Shown here in pieces: positions 8,966-16,469 of a DNA stretch of 20,076 nucleotides (the stretch's first letter is position 1; each line of letters opens with the position of its first letter). The notes below the pieces were generated by a model that saw only the letters and a program-made list of their open reading frames with translations, was not told where the DNA came from and did not search any database. A program made the translations under genes and the position numbers. The stretch covers positions 1-20,076 of the forward strand of contig JAVVGN010000034.1 of NCBI GenBank assembly GCA_032249095.1, in the 5' to 3' direction. The DNA is from Candidatus Caldarchaeales archaeon. GTDB taxonomy: Archaea > Thermoproteota > Nitrososphaeria_A > Caldarchaeales > Calditenuaceae.

Positions 8966-9562
8966 ATGGAGATGGACGGTAAAAGGCTCTATCGACAGGT
9001 GAAGCATAATGAAAGGTGCCCCAAATGTAAAGAAAGGGTTAGAGAGTTCCTGGAAAGGATTTATGGTGATGTACAGACTAACTACAGATTTTATTTAGGC
9101 ACACGTCCCATGGATTTCAAGAACACGCCCTACTATGGAAAACTTTTGGAGATCTATAGAGCGTTGCAGAACTACAGAGGGTACAAAGAATTCGTCAAAG
9201 CGAAAAACATTCCTAGATCCGACTTCTTCATCCCCGACCATGGATTTATCGTTGAATTTGACGAAAGTCAACACTTCACGATACCAAGGAAAATAACGCT
9301 TGAACTCTATCCTGAGATCGAGCTGGGTTACGATAAGACTAAGTGGGTCATGCTGTGTGAGAAGATCAACGCCAAAGATAACCATCCAATTTACAGGGAC
9401 GAGCAGCGTGCATGGTATGATACGTTGAGGGACTTCCTGCCATTGATAAAAGGTCTGAAGCCAACAGTTAGGGTGTTTGCATGGGATTTTGTGTGGTGTA
9501 ACCTTAACCCCGATAACCCCTCGGACCTTAAGAAAATTGAGAGCATCTTTGTACAATCTTAA
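8966..9562 (+). CDS. Restriction-endonuclease-like (PD-(D/E)xK) protein with a DUF559/Vsr-like signature
   Basis: 198 aa and lower GC than the flanks. SDFFIPDHGFIVEFDESQHF matches the DUF559/Vsr-type core (DF...p...l.vE.DG.QH). A later block, YRDEQRAWYDTLRDF...GLKPTVRV, resembles D..R...L...G..v.R. The N-terminus carries one CxxC (CPKC). Confidence 0.8.
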   Translation: MEMDGKRLYRQVKHNERCPKCKERVREFLERIYGDVQTNYRFYLGTRPMDFKNTPYYGKLLEIYRALQNYRGYKEFVKAKNIPRSDFFIPDHGFIVEFDESQHFTIPRKITLELYPEIELGYDKTKWVMLCEKINAKDNHPIYRDEQRAWYDTLRDFLPLIKGLKPTVRVFAWDFVWCNLNPDNPSDLKKIESIFVQS

Positions 9563-9753
9563 ATGGAGCTGGAAGATTGAGGTAAGAGAAGACCCAAACC
9601 CACAACTAGCCAGAATCATAATTGATGGTGAGTGGATTGGTAACTATATTTTCAGCTCGCTGTTTTACGCGGTTGACGTGAGTGTTATCTAGAGGGGTAA
9701 GTGCTCGCGGAATACAGTGACTTTCGCGGTATGGTGATTGTCTAGTCCTAACC

Positions 9754-9763
9754 TTAAATATAA
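9754..9763 (+). promoter_or_regulatory. TATA box upstream of the giant surface-protein gene
   Basis: TTAAATATAA lies 40-49 nt upstream of the ATG at 9803. An AGGTGA Shine-Dalgarno-like motif at 9788-9793 suggests a short leader. Confidence 0.4.
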
Positions 9764-9802
9764 CTTAGTTATGATGGACTGGCATGAAGGTGAAGTGGTG
9801 GC

Positions 9803-12800
9803 ATGTCTAAACTAGGCGAGAGAAATCTAGGCGCAGCGCACTTACTGTCATTCCTGTTGATTATCGCCTTAGGGGTTCCAGCCCCACTCTTTTTAAAAAC
9901 GGCTTACGAGACTCCCGATGTAGGAGTTGAGGGGGGAGTCTTTGATGTGCGTGTTGGCCCCACCCCTAGGTCGGGCGACATAGTTCTTGGATTACTTTAT
10001 GTTACAATCCCCGAGAACATGTTGGGGAAGGTTAGGCTTATTATAGAGTCAAATGCGAGGGACCTCGTCACGGGGAGAAAGCAGAATATTTGGCTAGAGC
10101 TGTGGAATGGTAAGATAGGGGCGGAAGAGGATACTTGGTGGGTGAATAGAAGGAAGCTGGCCCAGTCTTCTGAGGAGAGCCCGCGTATTAGCTATGTACC
10201 GCTTATTTACCGCGAGATGACGCTTGCCGTCGTCTGGGTCAAGAGTCCGGACTTGGATACAATAACGGTAAGAGTCAATGTTACGGCATCTCCAATTGTA
10301 ATAGTGGAAACTAAGCCAACTATATACGACGTCTTGTTAGAGAACAGTGTCACGCCCGAGAGCCCAATCTTTGAAAAGATCGTGCTGTCATTGAACAAGG
10401 ATCCTGTTAAGATATTCGAGTATGTTAGAAATAACGTGTTTTTCGACGCTTATTGGGGGCTTCTGAGGGGTGGGTTGCGGACCTACTATGACATGTATGG
10501 CAATAGTCTCGACCAGTCCAGCCTACTTGTCTCCCTCCTTAGAACTGCGGGCTATCCTGCTAGATTTGCCTACGGCATAGTTAGGGTGCCTACCAAGACC
10601 CTAGCGGAGAACCTAGGTTTGAGAGATACAAAAGCTGGGCTAGAGGGAGCTGTCTGGATTCATAGAGTCGCGGGACTTCTCTACCACAACGACCAAGACA
10701 GCTCTATGCTATATCATGTATGGGTCAGGGCGTATGTAAACGGAACATGGATAGACATGGATCCTTCATTCAAGCGGGTGGTCCGGAAAATTGACTCCCC
10801 CGTAACGCTATCAGCCACCCCCTCGTCAACTGATACTTCCTTCGCTAAAGCCTTTAGTATTTATTTACAGCCACTTTCAGACCTACCGTTATACGACATA
10901 AGTAGAGGTGTCTGGATTATTGAAGAAAGGGGTGTAAGAGGGCCGCCCGGTGAGTATACTTTACTCGGGCTATACAGCAGCTTGCCCGAAGAATTCAGGG
11001 GCTTTATTACTGTCTATTACCCCAAGTGGTCTGATGCTAGAGGATACGACTTCGCATGGGGAAATTACTCATTCACTCTTCCTACTTCAGCTTTGGGAGC
11101 TTACCGGCTGACTGCCCGGTTCATCCCTGCGTCAAAGCAGGCGGCTGATTATATCGCGAGCCGTCCGGACGGTTTAAGCGGCATCCGGATAAATGATAGG
11201 AAGGTTTTGCTGAGACCTCAGTTTCTCCTTAATGGGTTGGTGATTTCTCAGGGAGACGCGGCATTACCCGGGCACTGGTTACCGATAAAAATGAAGTTTA
11301 AAGTGACTCTCCCGGATGGGTACACCTTCATCGGCTGGGGTGAGGAAAGCTTGATGGGCTATGCCGCGTACGTAGTGGACTTCATGAAGACTCGTGCATA
11401 TGGCGAGATAGGAGTTGAGGGCGCTCGAGGTTCCTTGCTGGCCCTATTAAACCCTAAGCTGACTTCAGGCATCGATAAGGACGAAGTGGTCGGTCGAATA
11501 CTCTACCTCCAGACGCGGCGGTACCAGATTGAGAGATGGCATCAGATTGAGAGAATCTGGAGTTTCCGTCATATTGCGCACGTATTCCCTCTCAACATTC
11601 ATAAGGCTGAGTATTATCAGCTCATTAATGATGGCGGGAACCTTGTGATCGGCCCGCCAATGTTCAGCGCAGGCATAGGTTGGAACTCATGGGCATACTA
11701 TGTAGTCCTCGATCCTGAGGACGGAGTCCTTTCCAAGTCTGAAGGAAGGCCGGTTTCTATAAAAGAGTTGCACCCAAGCACAATACCCTCTTACCTCCCT
11801 GGCTCCTTCTATGAGGGGGAGGTGGTAGCAGCAATCCATAACACAGTACCATACTCGACAGTGCATACATTCCTCTATGCCGCATCCAAAGGCATAAAGA
11901 TCATACATGTTAATAGGGAGAACCTCTCATCCATGCCAAACTCGATACCCCGCTGGATTAGAGACGGGATTTCTAGAATAGCGGATGAGTGGAAAGGCGT
12001 TGAGTTTAACGCATTCATGCCCGAACTCCCAGTAAATCCTGATGTGTTATCAATCTTCGTCGATGACGATCCAAACACAAAGCCGCCAGAGATTAAACTA
12101 GCTGGCGAGATGTTCGGAGTGCTTACAGTAATGCCGCTCTCCAAATACCACGCCGCAGTGGGGGCTTTAATATATAACTTAGGACGAGGTGTCGAGTTGG
12201 GCGGAGGTGCACTAGCTTCTACGGAGCAGGGCTCCTACACAGCTCGTACGGAGGGCAGGGAGACAGGGTCCTCCTATTCCGAAACCACTTCAACAAGAAC
12301 GACAAGTGCTGATGAGATTGTGCTTGAAAACTCCGCGCAGACAGGGAAGACGGATGAGCTAGACCAACAGCTGGAGGAACTCAAAAAACAACTACAATCT
12401 ATAGATCCAAACGACCCTAGGTACACGGACATTCTTTACAAATATTTAGAGCTTGCAGAGGAATTAAGGAGAGAGTTAAGCGCTGCTGTAACGGATCTTG
12501 TTAAAGCAACTTTTGCCGCAGAGCTGGCGTGGAAGGTGATCAACAACCAGATCCCGATTTTCCTCAACCCAGACGGTATTCCCATGGAGGTGACAGACCT
12601 TGTGAAATATTTGGAAAATATGGGTGTAGACCGGGAAACAAGACTCAAAGTCATTCTCAACCAACGGGAGGCGATTCAGCGCGCAAACACTCTCGGGTAT
12701 ATCGAGCTTCCCTACGAGATAAATGGGGAAACAGTGGTCATGAGGCTGAACTATAAGTATAAGCTTGAGGTTTTAACAAGCGCCGGGATTAAGTTCACCA

Positions 12801-14569
12801 GCGAATGGTCCTCCATGACAGACGCTCAGAACGCAGTGAAATACTACGATGATCTAAAAGACTCCACAAAAAGTATCTCATTTGCTCTATCCAGCGTAGA
12901 GATCATCCCTCAAAATCCTATAACAGTAAACTACAAGGTTCAGGGTGGCCTCATAGAGAGTACGACAACCAAGAGCATAGAAATTGATAAGATAACCTTA
13001 ACACCGGAACAGCTTGGCGGGGGATTTGCCTTAAACGCGATAGTAGATCTCTATACAAATATTAAGAGCCTAAACAACGTGGTTTTAAATGATTGGAAGT
13101 ACGAGAGGGCAAACCTGCCCGGAGGATACGAAGCGAAGCCTCTGTATGAGTTCTGGAATCTTAGCGAGACCCAAATACAGAAAATAGAGGGCGAGCTTAA
13201 ACAGGGGATGCTGCCGAGCGACCCGCCGTTTATAGAGATGTGGCTCGAAAATCCAATAGGCGAGTTTGCAGGTTTCAACCCAGACATCGGCTACGGCTTC
13301 GGGCTGAACCTACTGACTTATTCGGGCGTCGGATCAAAGCCTAAGCACTTGGCGGTCTACGGTGTTTGGCCGGGAATATACTACCTCAATGTCGTGGGGA
13401 CTAAAAAGGAGGGGGTGGACGGATATGTCAGGATATCATATAAGTCTGGTGGGTTTGAGGAGGCTGTAAGTATTCCTTTCAAGGTTCAGTTCGGAGAGCT
13501 CGTGAAAATACCTATAATTGTTGATAGGTGGCAAAGGATAACGGTTGAGGAGGCCAGGCCTGGCATTAGGATATCGGCTGGTGAGGACGTATTTGTTGGA
13601 CGGGTCGGAAGACAGTTGGAAATATCCGGCAAGATTTTAGACCAGTTCGGCCGTGAAGGGGTCAGTGGAGCTAAAGTTATGGCGACATTCACGTCTCCAG
13701 ACGGGTCTATCCAAAACCTTGAAGAGGGCGTAACCCTTCCTGATGGATCGTTCAAGCTCAAGGTAACACCAGCTCTGGCAGGTCTCCATTATATCACCGT
13801 GGTGGCATCAGCCGACGGGTACTACCCCTCCACCAAAACGATTCTAGTCGTGGTACATGGTAACTTGAGGGTTTTAAACGATCTCAGTATTCCGAAGGAT
13901 CTCCTGAACGCGTATCTTAAAGTTAAGGATGGTACAAAACAATTAGAGATCCCTGTTGACTCAGAGATGGCACTCCCAGTAGGTCGATACGTATTATCAA
14001 TCAAGGCCAGAAGCTCTGAAAAATGGCAGATTACCCCCATGAAAGAAATGGAGGTCGAGACATATTTAGAGAAAGAATACAGCCTAAGATTGTCTGAGTT
14101 TTTATCCGCCAAGGTGCTTATAGACGTTTCAACGGACACAGGCAGTGTGGAGGGGGGTGGATGGTATAGGGTCGGGGACAAGGCTACGTTAACCGCTATC
14201 CCACCACCAGATGGTAAATACCAATTTGTAGGCTGGAAAGGCGACATAGAATCTACCCAGAATCCCCTCATAGTTCAGGTAGACAGGCCGTTAACTCTAA
14301 GGGCTCAATGGAAACCAGTAGTAGAGCAGACTCAGCAAACAACGACTACGCTGATTACGGCGAAGACCACTACCACCCATAAGGAGGACACAACTACAAC
14401 ACCCGACTTGACGACGACTTATAGGTCGGGGCAGACATGGCAGCAGGATTCAATGTTAATGCTGTTGGTGGTTGCGGCCTTTGTCGCGGCTCTTCTGGGC
14501 TTGCTCATCATCATAAGGCGTAAATCGTTGAAGGGAGTCAGGCCGGGGAAGGGCCCCGCTACCGCCTAG
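9803..14569 (+). CDS. Giant (1588 aa) membrane-anchored surface protein with a transglutaminase-like core and Ig-like and InlB-B-repeat-like domains
   Basis: The ORF is uninterrupted.
- N-terminal hydrophobic signal/anchor: LLSFLLIIALGVPAPLFL.
- Transglutaminase-core pattern: GNSLDQSSLLVSLLRTAGYPARFAYG...HVWVRAYVNGTWIDMDPS (about 10385-10777).
- Coiled coil: ELDQQLEELKKQLQS... (about 12355-12480).
- Ig-like segment: about 13600-13850.
- InlB-B-repeat-like segment: GGWYRVGDKATLTAIPPPDGKYQFVGWKGD...LTLRAQW (about 14148-14315).
- Thr-rich stalk, then a C-terminal TM helix followed by RRK. Confidence 0.92.
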   Translation: MSKLGERNLGAAHLLSFLLIIALGVPAPLFLKTAYETPDVGVEGGVFDVRVGPTPRSGDIVLGLLYVTIPENMLGKVRLIIESNARDLVTGRKQNIWLELWNGKIGAEEDTWWVNRRKLAQSSEESPRISYVPLIYREMTLAVVWVKSPDLDTITVRVNVTASPIVIVETKPTIYDVLLENSVTPESPIFEKIVLSLNKDPVKIFEYVRNNVFFDAYWGLLRGGLRTYYDMYGNSLDQSSLLVSLLRTAGYPARFAYGIVRVPTKTLAENLGLRDTKAGLEGAVWIHRVAGLLYHNDQDSSMLYHVWVRAYVNGTWIDMDPSFKRVVRKIDSPVTLSATPSSTDTSFAKAFSIYLQPLSDLPLYDISRGVWIIEERGVRGPPGEYTLLGLYSSLPEEFRGFITVYYPKWSDARGYDFAWGNYSFTLPTSALGAYRLTARFIPASKQAADYIASRPDGLSGIRINDRKVLLRPQFLLNGLVISQGDAALPGHWLPIKMKFKVTLPDGYTFIGWGEESLMGYAAYVVDFMKTRAYGEIGVEGARGSLLALLNPKLTSGIDKDEVVGRILYLQTRRYQIERWHQIERIWSFRHIAHVFPLNIHKAEYYQLINDGGNLVIGPPMFSAGIGWNSWAYYVVLDPEDGVLSKSEGRPVSIKELHPSTIPSYLPGSFYEGEVVAAIHNTVPYSTVHTFLYAASKGIKIIHVNRENLSSMPNSIPRWIRDGISRIADEWKGVEFNAFMPELPVNPDVLSIFVDDDPNTKPPEIKLAGEMFGVLTVMPLSKYHAAVGALIYNLGRGVELGGGALASTEQGSYTARTEGRETGSSYSETTSTRTTSADEIVLENSAQTGKTDELDQQLEELKKQLQSIDPNDPRYTDILYKYLELAEELRRELSAAVTDLVKATFAAELAWKVINNQIPIFLNPDGIPMEVTDLVKYLENMGVDRETRLKVILNQREAIQRANTLGYIELPYEINGETVVMRLNYKYKLEVLTSAGIKFTSEWSSMTDAQNAVKYYDDLKDSTKSISFALSSVEIIPQNPITVNYKVQGGLIESTTTKSIEIDKITLTPEQLGGGFALNAIVDLYTNIKSLNNVVLNDWKYERANLPGGYEAKPLYEFWNLSETQIQKIEGELKQGMLPSDPPFIEMWLENPIGEFAGFNPDIGYGFGLNLLTYSGVGSKPKHLAVYGVWPGIYYLNVVGTKKEGVDGYVRISYKSGGFEEAVSIPFKVQFGELVKIPIIVDRWQRITVEEARPGIRISAGEDVFVGRVGRQLEISGKILDQFGREGVSGAKVMATFTSPDGSIQNLEEGVTLPDGSFKLKVTPALAGLHYITVVASADGYYPSTKTILVVVHGNLRVLNDLSIPKDLLNAYLKVKDGTKQLEIPVDSEMALPVGRYVLSIKARSSEKWQITPMKEMEVETYLEKEYSLRLSEFLSAKVLIDVSTDTGSVEGGGWYRVGDKATLTAIPPPDGKYQFVGWKGDIESTQNPLIVQVDRPLTLRAQWKPVVEQTQQTTTTLITAKTTTTHKEDTTTTPDLTTTYRSGQTWQQDSMLMLLVVAAFVAALLGLLIIIRRKSLKGVRPGKGPATA

Positions 14570-14792
14570 ATGTGTATGGCACCTGGTTCAGGACGGCTGG
14601 CCTAGAGCCTGTCAGGCATGTGGGTACGGGAGCCTCGCTAACCCGCGGGCTTGAAGGGGTTACGGTAAGGGCGAAGCTTGCGGAAGCGCACCCCGGCGAT
14701 ATATTCCGGCCGACATGGGCGCCTCCAAAAGGTGGCTTGTGTCTGAAGAGCTTCGGGGGGCTTGAACAGTTGCTGAGGACCGTCGAGAAGGT
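14477..14792 (+). ncRNA. rnpB: Candidate RNase P RNA (archaeal type A-like); boundaries approximate
   Basis: - GGUAAGGGCGAAGCUUGCGGAAGCGCACC (14664-14692) matches, from memory, the CR-II/CR-III block GGUAAGGGUGAAAGGGUGCGGUAAGAGCGCACC.
- A CR-I-like GGGGAAGGGCCCC lies at 14545-14557.
- P4 can form between AAG/CCCC and GGGGCUU (14757-14763).
- P2 is a perfect 7 bp: GCUCUUC 14489-14495 with GAAGAGC 14745-14751.
- P3 is 9 bp: 14498-14506 with 14535-14544.
- P1: 14477-14488 with 14781-14792.
- UAUGGCA plus a P8-like hairpin lies at 14575-14592.
- The J2/4 consensus is not seen, so the model is incomplete. Confidence 0.55.
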
Positions 14793-14839
14793 AATCCCTG
14801 GGGGAGCGGAGAGGGAGGACCTAGAGATTTAGTTGGAGC

Positions 14840-15757
14840 TTATTGGCTGTATCTCGCTTCGCCCCAGCGTATCTTTATCTCGGCTTCGTCTGAGGTGTCG
14901 CGCCTTAGTGGCCGGTCCACTATCAGCCTCGCCCAGCAACGCGTCGGCTCGCCGTCCCCTATGACGTGATATCTCCTGTCCAGCTTGGGGCCTAGCAGCG
15001 TTCTGTTCTTGGCTCGGCATCCGAGCTCGTTGAGTATCCGGATCACGGCTCCCGCCGACGGCATGCTCCTCGCCAGCACCGTTACCGGCTCGGGCGGCCC
15101 CCTCACGGGTATCCAGAGAGCCTGCTTAGTCTCACCGCTGCCCACCCTGACGACCTCCTCCGAGACGGTCATGGTCTCGAGGCCGTGTTGGGCTGATAGC
15201 CCGGTCTCGAGGGTCCTCTTGATCTCTAGCCTCGCGTTTCTGAGGCCTGATCCGTATGCGGAGATGCTGCATGCTAGGCGCCCGTCTCGGGCCTCAAGGG
15301 TGGCTTGAGCCGAGATGTCGCGGTCAGAGACTAGTAGTACCCTCTTCGTCGGCTCTATGGCGGCTGGCTCAGGCGCAGGCGCGAGGAGCATGACCCAGAC
15401 ATCTAGGCCCCCCTCAAGATCTATCTTAGCCGCGGGCGCGAGGATGGCTCCGTGGAGATACCCGTCGCCCCTGACCAGGCCGGCGCATGGCTTCAGGGGG
15501 ACCTCAAATGTTAGTGGCTGGGTTTTGGGGGGCTGGAGGACGCTCCACACCTCTATGTGTCTGAAGCTCGCGCTCCAGCCTCTGCCCCGCCTGAAGAAGA
15601 GCCTCCCAAACCCTATCTCGATCCGCCTAGGATTCCTGCCCAGGCCCACATGCACCTCCGCCCTATCTTTACTGATGGTGGAGCCTGGGGACTCGGCCTT
15701 CGCTAGGTTGATTATCCTACCCAACACGCTCTCTTCCGATACGTTATGCAGTAACAA
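14840..15757 (-). CDS. Hypothetical protein (305 aa, very GC-rich, no recognisable motifs)
   Basis: This is the longest ORF in the region. The plus-strand ORFs opposite it are Ser/Leu/Arg/Pro-rich shadows. The apparent start is TTG at 15757, 16 nt downstream of the stop of the upstream wHTH-like frame. Confidence 0.6.
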   Translation of the reverse strand: MLLHNVSEESVLGRIINLAKAESPGSTISKDRAEVHVGLGRNPRRIEIGFGRLFFRRGRGWSASFRHIEVWSVLQPPKTQPLTFEVPLKPCAGLVRGDGYLHGAILAPAAKIDLEGGLDVWVMLLAPAPEPAAIEPTKRVLLVSDRDISAQATLEARDGRLACSISAYGSGLRNARLEIKRTLETGLSAQHGLETMTVSEEVVRVGSGETKQALWIPVRGPPEPVTVLARSMPSAGAVIRILNELGCRAKNRTLLGPKLDRRYHVIGDGEPTRCWARLIVDRPLRRDTSDEAEIKIRWGEARYSQ

Positions 15758-15772
15758 AATGAGAAAAAAGGG

Positions 15773-16240
15773 TTACCGCGTAGGGGCCTTGCTTAGCGGT
15801 CGGACTGCCCCCCCATCTCCCTCCACTATCTTTATTCTTTCTCCGAGCTTGTCTGTCTTTCTGTAGAGCCATTTCGCCCTCCTCCCGGGCCTCCTCTCCC
15901 TCTCCAGTACTTCTAGTGTGGTTAGGTGTTCTAGTGCTGGTCTTACGTGTTTGAAGTCTTTTGGGGCCCAGCCCCTCCTTAGGAGTTCTGAGGCTACGTC
16001 GCTGGCGCTCCTCCACTCGTCGAGGAAGCCCTCTAGGGCAAGCCTGACTATCCTTCCGTATAGCTCGTCCTCAGAGACCTTGACGTACTCGTATTTCCTC
16101 TCGTAGACTATTCTCGGGACCTAGCACTCTATCCTGACTTCTGGTACCTTGGATAGTAGTATTGAGCGGACCAGCTGCTCCAGGGCCTCCACTCTGTGCT
16201 TGAGTTCCTCGACCTCATCCTCGATGCCCAGCCAACACAG
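15773..16240 (-). pseudogene. Start-less wHTH-like ORF interrupted by an in-frame TAG (probable pseudogene)
   Basis: One minus-strand frame is open from 16240 to 15773 except for a TAG at 16121-16123. It reads LCWLGIEDEVEELKHRVEALEQLVRSILLSKVPEVRIEC*VPRIVYERKYEYVKVSEDELYGRIVRLALEGFLDEWRSASDVASELLRRGWAPKDFKHVRPALEHLTTLEVLERERRPGRRAKWLYRKTDKL... This is a coiled coil plus a winged-helix-like segment. There is no ATG/GTG/TTG start in the first 100 or so codons after the TAG. Confidence 0.45.
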
Positions 16241-16469
16241 CTACCCAAATCGCAATAGATAAGCTCAAATGGTCTTTTCTCGCCCTGGACTCGGCGGCCG
16301 ACGTTTTCACTTGTTCGCGTCTCAGGCGGCATTCACAGTTGGCATCACCTTCTATCTCCAATCCTGATGGGGTACTTATTGGAAAATCAAAAACGAGATA
16401 GGAGAACGAGTTCGGCACAGCATCTATGGTGCGCATTATAGTCAGCGACCAGGTACTGCCAAGTTTGTA

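Noticed and set aside
14533-14544. Alternative CR-I/P4 assignment for the RNase P candidate: GGGAGUCAGGCC pairing with GGCUUGAAC at 14759-14767
   Set aside because: It gives 8 bp, but it leaves no room for P3. It also conflicts with the better-fitting model, in which 14535-14544 is the 3' strand of P3 and GGGGAAGGGCCCC is CR-I.
14572-14832. 86-aa plus-strand ORF (GTG start)
   Set aside because: It lies entirely inside the GC-rich structured region carrying RNase P-like conserved blocks and helices. The peptide is Gly/Arg/Leu-rich with no motifs, so it is most likely an artefact of an RNA gene.
14985-15866. 107-aa and 183-aa plus-strand ORFs opposite the 305-aa gene
   Set aside because: Both are Ser/Arg/Pro/Leu-rich shadow frames of a longer minus-strand ORF in very GC-rich DNA.
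15744-16016. 90-aa minus-strand ORF from the track
   Set aside because: It is low-complexity (R/K/E/T/G) and is a shifted frame of the much more protein-like wHTH frame at 15773-16120.
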